Source: an uncultured Gemmatimonadota bacterium (GTDB taxonomy: Bacteria; GCA-2686955). From it: a stretch of 64,000 nt of DNA. Under the pieces are notes generated by a model. The model saw only the letters and a list, made by a program, of their open reading frames with translations. It was not told the origin of the DNA and ran no database searches. The position numbers were made by a program, and so were the translations under genes. Where the stretch lies: positions 383 through 64,382 of the forward strand of contig CAZBBK010000029.1 of the NCBI GenBank assembly GCA_964490075.1, given 5' to 3'. Positions 1-9,222 of the stretch are shown piece after piece. The number at the start of each line of letters is the position of its first letter. Position 1 is the first letter of the stretch.

Positions 1-291
1 CGCCCCGACCATGTCGAAGGCCTGGTGCACGACAATGTGCTCGAGAAGGTCGATGCCTCGTCCTTCCCCAGCGCCCACTCGGCGCGCGCCGCCGCCATCG
101 CCTGGATCCTTCTCTCCGCCTACCCGGGCCGCTCCCCGTTCGGCCTCGTGGTCCTCCTCGGAGCGCTCGCCACCGGCGCCACGCGCGTGGTGCTGCGGCG
201 CCATTCCGTGCTCGATGTGCTGGGCGGCTTCGCCATCGGCGCCTGCGCGGCCGCGATCGTCACCATCGCGCTCGAGTCCTGGCTGCTCTGA
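1..291 (+). CDS. PAP2-family phosphatase, C-terminal fragment (5' end lies outside the window)
   Basis: The frame is open from position 1. The translation carries PAP2 motif 2 (SFPSAHS) and motif 3 (RVVLRRHSVLDVLGG), followed by a hydrophobic C-terminal helix. Confidence 0.5.
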   Translation, partial: RPDHVEGLVHDNVLEKVDASSFPSAHSARAAAIAWILLSAYPGRSPFGLVVLLGALATGATRVVLRRHSVLDVLGGFAIGACAAAIVTIALESWLL

Positions 292-388
292 CTCCGAGGG
301 CCGACTCGATCCGCCCCCGGCGCAATCGACGGTTACCATTGCGCCGGAGGCTCACTGAAGAATCAGAAGAACCAGGAGAACGACCCAG

Positions 389-1411
389 ATGCCGTTGATC
401 ACGGCCCTCTTCGCATTTCAGACATCGCTGCTGGGAGCCGCCGACGCGGCCCCCTGGATCTCCTTTCGGAGCACCGAAGCACCGCTTCCCATCGCCCAGT
501 GGGTGAGCCGCGCGCCCTGCCCCAAGACCGGTGCCTACGGCGAGGCCATCACCTCGACCGGCGACGCCCTGTGGGCGGTGCGCGACGCCACCGCGGCCTC
601 CACGCCCTACTTCTGGCGCTACGATCCGGGCGTCGATCTATGGGAGGAGCGCGACGTCTCGACCCTGCCCGACGGCGTCTTTCGCAACGGCACCGCGCTG
701 GCCTGGGACGGCGGCGACCGGCTCTACGCCCTGGCCGGCGCGCGTTACGAGGACTCCGATCGCACCGATTTCTGGCGCTACGAACTGGTCGGCGACACCT
801 GGACCCAGATCGAGCCGACCCCCGGGCCGCAGGGCGCCGGCGACGCCCTCGTCTACTGCGATCTGGACGCCAGCCTCTACGCCATCCTCGGCAGCCGCAG
901 CCACGGAACCACCTTCGCCCGCTACGACCTCGCCCAGCAGAGCTGGAGCGAGCTGACCGCGCCGCCGGAGAGAACCGACGACGGCGCCAGCCTGGCCTGG
1001 GGCGGCGGCACCAAGCTCTACGCCCTGGCCGGCGAGTACAGCGAGACCGTCGAGCATTTCGACTTCTGGGAGTACGACCTCCTCGGCGACGAGTGGAGCG
1101 CCCTGGCCGATGTCCCCGATCCCGGCGGCGTGGGCGACGGCGCATCGCTGCTCTGGGCCGGCGGCTTCGATCCGCGGCTGGAAGACACCCTCTACGCCCT
1201 CAGCGGCGGATCGGTCGACGAGACCGCCGGAGTGCTCGCGCATCGCTACTCGATCGCGCTCGACCAATGGTCGCCGCTGGCCGATCTGCCTTGCGAGATC
1301 GGCTACTACAACGGCAACCGCCTGGCCTTCGCCGATGGCTATCTCTACTGCTGGCAGGGGGGACGCAGCGGCTTCCTGGGCGGCGGCCGGATGCTGGTGC
1401 GGCTCGAGTAA
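389..1411 (+). CDS. Secreted Kelch-repeat beta-propeller protein
   Basis: There is an N-terminal signal-like segment (ALFAFQTSLLGAADA). At least four repeats follow of the form LYAL(A/S)G...W(R/E)YDL..D.W..L, which is the Kelch blade pattern. A GGAG lies 12 nt upstream of the ATG. Confidence 0.55.
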   Translation: MPLITALFAFQTSLLGAADAAPWISFRSTEAPLPIAQWVSRAPCPKTGAYGEAITSTGDALWAVRDATAASTPYFWRYDPGVDLWEERDVSTLPDGVFRNGTALAWDGGDRLYALAGARYEDSDRTDFWRYELVGDTWTQIEPTPGPQGAGDALVYCDLDASLYAILGSRSHGTTFARYDLAQQSWSELTAPPERTDDGASLAWGGGTKLYALAGEYSETVEHFDFWEYDLLGDEWSALADVPDPGGVGDGASLLWAGGFDPRLEDTLYALSGGSVDETAGVLAHRYSIALDQWSPLADLPCEIGYYNGNRLAFADGYLYCWQGGRSGFLGGGRMLVRLE

Positions 1412-1851
1412 GGATCCTCGAAGGCCAGCTGACACAGCACCGTCGTCCCGGCGCGGAAGTACAGGGTTGCACTGGGACCCTCGACGTCGGCCCAGTGCAC
1501 GACCTCGTAGCGCCGCCCGCTGCGCGGGTGGCGCACCGGGCCGAAGCGCCAGCGCCCGCGGCTCACCGGAATCTCCGCGCCCTGGGGCGGATCCTCCACG
1601 CGGAAGCGCAGCAGTGGATCCCAGAGCACGCTGCGCGCGATCGCGAAGCGGTGCGAGCGCCGCCGGTTGGTCTCTTCGAGCACCAGCACCGCGGCCTCGT
1701 CGTCGGAGAGCCAGGGTAGATCCTCCGGCTCCAGCTCGAACTCCGACCACAGCGAAGTGCGCGGCGTCAGCTCCGCGCCGCAGCCGCTGGCCTCGGTCGC
1801 CGTCCCCAGCCACGCCACCGCGATGGCCCCGAGGATGATCGATCTGCGCAT
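1345..1851 (-). CDS. Hypothetical small secreted protein or lipoprotein
   Basis: Reading from the internal ATG gives MRRSIILGAIAVAWLGTATEASGCG, a signal peptide with a Cys. No family was recognised. The 3' end converges on and overlaps the Kelch gene by 67 bp. In high-GC DNA this could also be a shadow ORF. Confidence 0.3.
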   Translation of the reverse strand: MRRSIILGAIAVAWLGTATEASGCGAELTPRTSLWSEFELEPEDLPWLSDDEAAVLVLEETNRRRSHRFAIARSVLWDPLLRFRVEDPPQGAEIPVSRGRWRFGPVRHPRSGRRYEVVHWADVEGPSATLYFRAGTTVLCQLAFEDPYSSRTSIRPPPRKPLRPPCQQ

Positions 1852-2160
1852 GCTTTCTCCTAGTACGCGGCGCCCAATGTCGCGCCGCCGCGACCGCTTG
1901 CAGAGAGGATGCCAACGCCATCGACGCTCGCCCCGACCTCGTCCCACCGGCGAAAGCCCCCAAGAGAGACCGACTTGTGGCGCCGCCGCGAGCCCCCGGC
2001 GGCAGTCCGGTCTGCTCCGCCGCCGCCGATCCGGGTCGATTCCCGACCCACCGTCTCAGCCCCTGACCCTCCCCTCCGCTCCAGCCCCGGGGACGATGCT
2101 CCGATGAATGGGTAGGGGCGCCACGTCCCGCTCAGGGTGCGGGGAGAGGCAGATCGTGCG

Positions 2161-3303
2161 ATGACACCGATTCCGAACATCCCCGGCGTGCTGCAGGTGG
2201 ACCAGCGCTGGTGCTCCTTGATCGAGAGCGAGCCCAGCTACCGGCTGCTCTACGTGGCCGGCGCCCCGGTCGATGCCGCGCTCGAATGGGTGCAGGCCGC
2301 CGGCGAGTACGGGGGCGGCGCCGGCACGGTCGATGACGGCGCCCTGGTGATCGTGCTGCCGGGCTCCGCGCCGGCGGAAGTCTTCGCGCAACTGGTCGCC
2401 GCGGTCGCCGAGCGGTCACCCTCCCACGGACTGGCGCGGATCGAGCTGCAAGAAGCCACCCGCTCCGCAGCGGCCTTCCAGGCGGCCTTGCACCGCGCCC
2501 GACTGGCGGCCTGGAACGGTTCGCCCAAGGTGGCCGACGATCCCTTGCGGGCCATCGACGACGCGCTCCGCGAAGGGTGGATCACCACCGTCTTCCAACC
2601 GATCGTGCGTGCCGAGGGCGGAGCATTGACCGGCTACGAGGCGTTGGTGCGAGGGTCGCGCGGCGCGCTCCGCGGAGCGCGCGAGATCTTGCAGACCGCA
2701 CTGGTGGCCGACCGGATGGCCGATCTCTCGGCGCGCATCCGGGTCTGCGCGGCACGCGGGATCGACGCCGCCGAAGGGGAGGCCCTGCTCTTCTTGAACC
2801 TGCACCCGCTCGATCTCTTCGATCCCGGCTTCGTCGAGCGCGACGCACTGCGCGGACCGTTGGCGCGGATCGCCGACCGGGTGGTGCTCGAGGTCAGCGA
2901 GCGCACCGCCATCGACAGCCTGGAAGAGGTCTGCCGGCGGATCACGCTGCTGCGCGGGCACGGCTATCGGGTCGCCGTCGACGATCTCGGCTCCGGCTAT
3001 GCCGGCCTGACCTCGCTGGTGGCGCTGGAGCCGGAGTTCATCAAGCTCGACATGGGTCTGGTGCGGCGCGTCGTGCGCTCCTCGCACACCCGCGATCTGC
3101 TCTCGGCCCTCTCTACCTTCGCCCGCAACGTCGGCACCCAGGTGGTGGCCGAGGGGGTGGAGACCAAGGCCGAGGCCCGGGCTCTGATCGAGCTCGGCTG
3201 CGACCACCTGCAAGGCCATTGGATCGGCCGCCCGGCGCCCGCCTGCGTGGCCCCTTCGACGCCGGAGCTCGGAAGCGCCGCCCGCTGGCGTCGGTCGGCC
3301 TAG
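2161..3303 (+). CDS. EAL-domain cyclic-di-GMP phosphodiesterase with a ~130-aa N-terminal domain of unknown function
   Basis: EAL signatures are present: YEALVRG, DDLGSGYAGL, EFIKLDMGL and the QGHW-type C-terminal motif. A GGAGAGG lies 11 nt upstream of the ATG at 2161. Confidence 0.8.
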   Translation: MTPIPNIPGVLQVDQRWCSLIESEPSYRLLYVAGAPVDAALEWVQAAGEYGGGAGTVDDGALVIVLPGSAPAEVFAQLVAAVAERSPSHGLARIELQEATRSAAAFQAALHRARLAAWNGSPKVADDPLRAIDDALREGWITTVFQPIVRAEGGALTGYEALVRGSRGALRGAREILQTALVADRMADLSARIRVCAARGIDAAEGEALLFLNLHPLDLFDPGFVERDALRGPLARIADRVVLEVSERTAIDSLEEVCRRITLLRGHGYRVAVDDLGSGYAGLTSLVALEPEFIKLDMGLVRRVVRSSHTRDLLSALSTFARNVGTQVVAEGVETKAEARALIELGCDHLQGHWIGRPAPACVAPSTPELGSAARWRRSA

Positions 3304-3399
3304 ACGAAGACCTCGATCCGGGTCTTGCCACCAGCCGTTCACGGGCGCACCATCGGGGTCCTCCACCTCTCGCCGATCCACCCGCCCAGGAGCTGCCCC

Positions 3400-4596
3400 A
3401 TGGCCCTCGACTTCGCCCCTTCCGAAGAGCAAGCGCTGATCCGCACCGCCGTATCGGACGCCATGCGGCGTTTCGCGCCCCGCCGCCAGGAGTTCATCGA
3501 GTCGATCCTCAAGGACCAGAAGGTACCCGCCGAGCTCTGGGACGCCTGCACCGAGCTCGGCATGCAGGGGGCGCTGATCCCGCCCGAGTACGGCGGCAAC
3601 GGCATGGGATTGACGGCGCTGACCATCGCCACCGACGAAATGGTGTCGCACGGCTACGCCAACATCTACCTGATCCTCGGCGCGATGGACTCGGCCTGCA
3701 TCCTGCGCAACGGCTCCGAGGAGCTCAAACGCAAGTATCTTCCCGACGTGGCCGCCGGCAACACCAAGCTCTGCTTCGCCCTCACCGAGCCCAACGCCGG
3801 CTCCAACACCGCCCGGGTCGAGACCACCGCCCGCCTCGAGGGTGCGGACTACGTGCTCGACGGTGAAAAGGTGTTCATCACCGGGGCCGACGAAGCGGAC
3901 TACATGATGATGGTGGCGCGCACCATGTCGGAAACCGACGCCAAGGCGCAGGGCCTGCCGCGCTTCTACGGACTGTCGGTGTTCATGGTCTCGACCAAGG
4001 CGCCCGGTCTGTCGCTGTCGCCGATCCCCACCCGCGGCATCGAGGGAGCGGGCCAGTTCTCGGTCCATTTCGATTCGGTGCGTGTTCCGGCCGACGACCT
4101 GATCGGCGAGGAGCACATGGGCGCCCAGGCCCTCTTTACCTCGCTCAATCCCGAGCGGATCCTGGCCGCGGCCTCGGCCGCCGGCATGAGCGCCTACCTG
4201 GTGCGGGCGGCCTGCGACTACGCGCGCGAGCGCAAAGTGTTTCGAGACACTCCGATCGGCGCCTACCAGGGGATCGCCCACCCGCTCGCCGAGATCCACA
4301 TCGAGGAAGAGGCGGTGCGAATGATGGCGCTCAAGGCGGCCTGGGCCTTCGACCACGACCTGCCGGCGACCGAAGTGGGGATGCTGGCGAACTCGGCGAA
4401 GTACCTGGGGGCAGAGCTGGCGATCAAGGCCGCCGACCGGGCCATCCAGACCCTGGGCGGCTACGGCTTCAGCGAGGAGTACGGGGTGATACACTTTTGG
4501 GAGAGCGCCCGCCTGCTGCGCACCGCGCCGATCTCCAAGGAGATGATCCTGAACTTCGTCGCCGAGCATCAGCTCGGGTTGCCGAAGTCGTACTGA
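3400..4596 (+). CDS. Acyl-CoA dehydrogenase
   Basis: The N, middle and C domains of an acyl-CoA dehydrogenase are all present (GMQGALIPPEYGG, CFALTEPNAGSN, and QTLGGYGFSEEYGVIHFWESARLL). An AGGAG precedes the ATG. Confidence 0.85.
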   Translation: MALDFAPSEEQALIRTAVSDAMRRFAPRRQEFIESILKDQKVPAELWDACTELGMQGALIPPEYGGNGMGLTALTIATDEMVSHGYANIYLILGAMDSACILRNGSEELKRKYLPDVAAGNTKLCFALTEPNAGSNTARVETTARLEGADYVLDGEKVFITGADEADYMMMVARTMSETDAKAQGLPRFYGLSVFMVSTKAPGLSLSPIPTRGIEGAGQFSVHFDSVRVPADDLIGEEHMGAQALFTSLNPERILAAASAAGMSAYLVRAACDYARERKVFRDTPIGAYQGIAHPLAEIHIEEEAVRMMALKAAWAFDHDLPATEVGMLANSAKYLGAELAIKAADRAIQTLGGYGFSEEYGVIHFWESARLLRTAPISKEMILNFVAEHQLGLPKSY

Positions 4597-4935
4597 GGGG
4601 CTTTCTCAGGCCACTGACCGCCTTCCTCGGTGACATTCCCTGATGCAGCCGATTCTCCTTGTTGCATGATGGGATGGATGGGGGGGGGACCGATGGTGCC
4701 GACGCCAGCGGCGCAGATCGTCCCGCGGACCGCGGCGGCGCCCGCGAAGGGTGACGCGGCCGTCCGGAGGGTCGCCGCCCGTGGCGTCTCAGCGTTGCGG
4801 CTCGGGGGAGCCACGGCTTCCTCTTCGCGCCCCCGCCACCACACGCGCACCACGAGCCGATTTCGATTCTCGAGACCGTGGTCGAGCGTCACGGATCGAT
4901 CCGACTCAGATGGACTGTGAACCGGCAGGGAACTG

Positions 4936-6143
4936 ATGCGACAACTCATACTCCTGATCCCGTTGTTCATCGCATGCGGCCCCGCCCAGGCCGACAACCA
5001 ACGCGGCCGCACCATCCACGTCCCGGGCGCGATCGCCACCATCCAGGCGGCGATCGAACTGGCGGCCGAAGGCGACACCGTTCTGGTGGCGGCCGGTACC
5101 TACACCGAGAACCTGGTCTTCCAGGGCCGCGACATCGTGCTGCGAGGAGCCGGCGTCGGCGCCACGGTGCTGGATGCCGACCGCAACGGCTCGGGCATCG
5201 TGATCGAGTCGGGCGAGAGCCGGGCTTGCGTCGTAGAGCGGATGTCGATCGTTCGTGGGACCGGGACGGTTCGGATCTTCCCGGACCGCTCAGGGTTCAT
5301 GGGGGGCGGCGGTATCTTCGTCGAGGAGGCGTCGCCGCCTGAGGGGGAGGCGGTATATTCGCTACAGCTTGCACCGGTCTCGAGCTAGTCGGCCTGACCA
5401 TTACCGATTGCGAAGGAGGGTTGTACGGCGGCGGCGGTATCGACGCGGGGGGAGTGAGCGACGTCCTTCGCGATTCCCTCAGCATCAGAAACTGCGATGG
5501 TAGCAACGATGAACCCTATCATGATGGCTCGGGAGGCGCCATCCAGATCGGTGGCACCAACATCACGATCCGCAACTCGACCTTCGCTGAGAACGTAGCC
5601 AACGATGGCGGTGCCGTGGAGTTCGTTCGAGGCGGCCCCTTCTACGTAGATAACTGCCTCTTCGTCCGCAACCACGCCACATCCTCCGGCGATCGCTACC
5701 CCGGCCCGCGCTATGGCGGTGCCATCCTCGCCTGGGGCGTGCCTGATCTGCACGTCACGAACTGTACCTTCGTCGACAACTTCGCCGTGGGCCGCCTGGG
5801 GGTCGCCCCGGAGGGCCTCGCCGTGGCGATGTGGGGCGGCACCTTCGTCAACAACATCGTCACCGACCACAAGTGGTACAGCGCCGTCATCGGCCCCGAG
5901 CGCCGCGAGTACAACCTCTACTTCCACAACGATCTCGACTTCTACGGCGATCCCCAAAAAGGCGAGATCTTCACCAACCCACGCTACCTGCGCCCGGGAA
6001 AGGACGACTACCGCCTGCGCCCCAACTCACCCGCGATCGACGCCGGCGATCCCGCGCGCCTCGATCCAGACGGCTCGCGCTCCGACATCGGGGCCTCTCC
6101 GGTGTATCGGCCGCGCGATCTGCTGCCGGTGGCGCGGGTATGA
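4936..6143 (+). CDS. Secreted right-handed parallel beta-helix lipoprotein, interrupted by one frameshift near 5340
   Basis: The N-terminus has a signal with a lipobox-like Cys (LFIACG). G/N/D-rich beta-helix rungs (GGGGIF, NCTFVDN, NSTFAEN) are found in both ORF fragments. The tail (NSPAIDAGDP...GASPV) matches the tail of the 41779..43422 paralogue. The frames switch at the gagggggagg homopolymer. Confidence 0.5.
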
Positions 6144-6521
6144 GACCTGGGGCTGCCCGGAGAACACACCCGGCCCGGCCGAATTCGGTTCTTTCCTCGG
6201 GTCATGTGGACTGGCGTTTCGACCATACGCTTTGCCGTCGATGCACTCCGCGCAGAAGCGCGGACCTCGCCGGAATCCGCGGGTTCTTGGGCGCGCATGA
6301 GGCGCTTCCGAGATTCTCTGTCGGCACGCATCTTCCCACGCCCATGCCCCCGCCCCCGCCCCTGCCTGGTCCGGTGGCGGGAATCGGGCATGGGCAGGGG
6401 CTCGATGGGAGGCGTGCCGGGCGCTCGCCGCGTAGAGCGCCGTTATGTCGAAGCCTCAGACGCGGAATTTCCCGCCCGCGTTTTGGCGCCCTCGCGCGAA
6501 CCTCGAGCGACCCAGGTGGGC

Positions 6522-7988
6522 TCAGGCCCCGCCCAGCTCCTCGATCGGCCCCATCACCGCGCGTTCCAGCGCGGCCAGGGCCAGGTGCACGTCGATCACC
6601 GCGTTGAGGCGGTCGCTCTCGGCGCGCCGCCGTGCATCCTCTTCTTGCAGCAGCCGTTGCGAGTCGATGCTGCCGGCCTCGAAGCGGATCAGGGCGATCT
6701 CGTAGGCTCGGGTGGCGGCGCTTTCGGCGCGTTCCAGCACCCGTGCCCGCACCCGAGCCTCCCGGTAGCGCCGGATCTGGGCGCGCAGATCGAGGGTCAC
6801 CCGGCGCCGGGCCTGCTCCTCGGCCAGGCTGCTGCGCTCCACCTCCGCCCGCGCCTCGTCGACCAGGCGCCGGCCGCGGGCACCGTCCCAGAGGGCCCAA
6901 TCGAAGCTCAGGCGCGCCGAGCGCTCGGCCTGACGGCCCTGATAAGCCGAGCGCAGGTCGTGGCCGTTGCCACGCAGCCCCGCGCCCAGCTCCAGCTCGC
7001 CGTTGATGCCCCGCGCCGAGCTCGCCCCGCGGGCCGTCAGGCGCGCACTCTCGGTGGCAAGCCGGGCGCCGCGGATCTCCTCGCGCCGCTCCAGGGCCCG
7101 CTCCAGCAACCGCTCGGGTTCCAGCTCGACCGGCGGCGGCGGGGGCACCTCGGCACGCACCGCGAGCGGCGCGCTGGCCGCTCGGCCGAGCACGTCGTTG
7201 AGCGCCTCTCGGGTCCGCGCCACGCCGCCGCGGGAGGTGATCAGAGAGGCCTCGCTCAGGTCGCGCGCCACCTCAAGCTGCAGCAAGTCGCCCTCGGCGA
7301 TCAGCCCGGCGGCGAACTTCTCCTGGGCGCGTTCGGCCTGGGTGCGGCTGGCCTCGTGGCTGCGCGCACGGATCCCCAGCAGCCCCTGGGCCCGCACCAG
7401 ACCGTAGTACGACTCGACCACCTGCACGCGCAGGTCGGCCAGCGCCGCATCGTGGTCCAGCCGCGCCTGCTCCAGGTCGAGCGCCGCCTGCCGATCGGCG
7501 TCGTCGAGCGAGCCGCTGCGATCCAGCAGCGGCACGGCCAGGCGAGCTTCCGCGATCCCGTCGACCTCGATCGGCAGGTCGGCCTGCTCTTGCGCGCGCT
7601 GGCGGTGCACCCCCGACCCCTCGAGCTCGAGCCGGGCCTGGAAGGGCAGCGGCTGGGTCAGCAGCAGAGCGCCGTCGGCCGCGGTCGATTCCTGGTCGAG
7701 CAGGTGGCGGGCGCCGGTGGTGTCGAACACGCTGAAGGCGCTCAGCCCGCTCTCGGCGCCGACGCTCAGCTCCAGCTCCGGCAGTCGCCGCTGGGCCGAC
7801 GATCGCATCCGCGCCGAACGGGCCTGGGCGATCTCGATGCGCGACTGGCGCAGGCCGAAGTTGGCCTCGAGCGCGATCGCCTGCGCCTGCTCCAGGCCGA
7901 GCGGCGCGGGTTCGGCGGCGCGGGCTTCGCGGGCCAGCGGGGCAACCAGTAACAGGGCGACGCAGCCAACGCAGCGTGGATCAGTCAT
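6522..7988 (-). CDS. TolC-family outer membrane efflux protein
   Basis: There is a signal peptide (CVALLLVAPLAREARA) and a two-repeat alpha/beta architecture with a long coiled-coil-like region typical of outer membrane factor (OMF) proteins. Its ATG overlaps the stop of the upstream permease (ATGACTGA). Confidence 0.75.
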   Translation of the reverse strand: MTDPRCVGCVALLLVAPLAREARAAEPAPLGLEQAQAIALEANFGLRQSRIEIAQARSARMRSSAQRRLPELELSVGAESGLSAFSVFDTTGARHLLDQESTAADGALLLTQPLPFQARLELEGSGVHRQRAQEQADLPIEVDGIAEARLAVPLLDRSGSLDDADRQAALDLEQARLDHDAALADLRVQVVESYYGLVRAQGLLGIRARSHEASRTQAERAQEKFAAGLIAEGDLLQLEVARDLSEASLITSRGGVARTREALNDVLGRAASAPLAVRAEVPPPPPVELEPERLLERALERREEIRGARLATESARLTARGASSARGINGELELGAGLRGNGHDLRSAYQGRQAERSARLSFDWALWDGARGRRLVDEARAEVERSSLAEEQARRRVTLDLRAQIRRYREARVRARVLERAESAATRAYEIALIRFEAGSIDSQRLLQEEDARRRAESDRLNAVIDVHLALAALERAVMGPIEELGGA

Positions 7989-9216
7989 GGCGCAGGGCCT
8001 CGATCGGATCGAGCGCGGCGGCGCGCCGCGCCGGGTAGATGCCGAACACCAGCCCCACCGCCAGGGCGACGCCGAAAGCAAGCGCCACACTGATCGGCGA
8101 CACCACCGCCGAGAAGTCGGCGAAGAGATCGATGGAGTGGGCCATCAGCACGCCGAGCACCGTTCCGGCGATCCCGCCGGCCACCGAGAGCAGCCCCGCC
8201 TCGGCCACGAACTGGGCCACCACGTCGCGGGCGGTGGCGCCCACCGCGCGCCGCACGCCGATCTCCCGCACCCGCTCCTGCACCGTCGCCAGCATGATGT
8301 TCATGATGCCGATCCCACCCACCAGGAGTGATATCCCGGCGATGGCGGCGAGCACCGCGTTGAACATCCGCTGCTCCTTCTGCTCTTCCTGCAGGAGCTG
8401 CTCGGGCAGCACCAGGGCGAAGTCCTCCACGCCATGATGGCGCCGCTCGAGCAGGCGCCGGGTGAGCAGCGCCACCGGGCGCAGCAGCCCACTCTCCGGC
8501 ACCGTGATGGTGATCTGATCCAGCTCCGGCTGCGGAAAGGCGCGCGGAGCACGGATCAACGCCGTCGGCAGCGGAATGTAGACATCGAGATCGACGTCGC
8601 GCGCCGCGAGACGATTGGCGGCCTGCGCGCGTCCCGAACGATCGCCCATCACTCCCACCACCCGATACCAGTCCGATCCCAGCTTCAGCCGCTCGCCCAC
8701 CGCCGCCTCGAAGTCGAAGAGCTTGCGCTTGATACCGTGGCCCAGCACGCACACCCGCGCGCCCCCCTCCATGTGGGAAACCCCGAGCGTCGATCCCTGC
8801 GCCGCGCGCAGCCCGAAGGCCTCGAAGTAGCCCACGTCCACTCCCACCACGGCGCCGCGTCGGGTCCGGTCGTGGCGACTCACGTCGAGCCGGCGTTCGC
8901 TCTGCGCGCTGACCACCACCCGCTCGGGAATCAGCTCCCGCAGCGCCGCCACGTCGCGCCGCGAGAGACCGCGCGAGAAGGCGGCGCGATCTTCGTCGAG
9001 CTGCGCGCTGCTGCGCTCGGGTGCGCGCACGAGGATGTTGTTGACCCCGAGCGAGGCGTACTTGCGCAGCGCCTCGTCGCGCGCCCCGGCGCCGATCGAG
9101 AGCATGGCGATCACCGCCGCCACGCCGAAGATGATCCCCATCGCGGTCAGTGAGCTGCGCATCTTGTGCGAGCGCAGCCCCTCCAGGCTGACGCGCATGA
9201 TCTCCCAGAGCGGCAT
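7981..9216 (-). CDS. ABC transporter permease of the FtsX/MacB type (no ATPase domain)
   Basis: The protein has an N-terminal TM helix, a large periplasmic domain and a C-terminal three-TM FtsX-like bundle (FNAVLAAIAGISLLVGGIGIMNIMLATVQERVREIG). Confidence 0.8.
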   Translation of the reverse strand: MPLWEIMRVSLEGLRSHKMRSSLTAMGIIFGVAAVIAMLSIGAGARDEALRKYASLGVNNILVRAPERSSAQLDEDRAAFSRGLSRRDVAALRELIPERVVVSAQSERRLDVSRHDRTRRGAVVGVDVGYFEAFGLRAAQGSTLGVSHMEGGARVCVLGHGIKRKLFDFEAAVGERLKLGSDWYRVVGVMGDRSGRAQAANRLAARDVDLDVYIPLPTALIRAPRAFPQPELDQITITVPESGLLRPVALLTRRLLERRHHGVEDFALVLPEQLLQEEQKEQRMFNAVLAAIAGISLLVGGIGIMNIMLATVQERVREIGVRRAVGATARDVVAQFVAEAGLLSVAGGIAGTVLGVLMAHSIDLFADFSAVVSPISVALAFGVALAVGLVFGIYPARRAAALDPIEALRHD

Positions 9217-9222
9217 CCGGCG

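Noticed and set aside
499-1963. Overlapping ORFs 499..1719 (+), 549..1145 (-) and 638..1963 (-) across the Kelch gene
   Set aside because: Their composition is extreme Arg/Ala/Pro/Gly with no domains. The Kelch frame has repeat structure and an RBS.
2416-4569. 717-aa minus-strand ORF antisense to the EAL and acyl-CoA dehydrogenase genes
   Set aside because: It is a shadow ORF. Both sense genes carry unmistakable family motifs.
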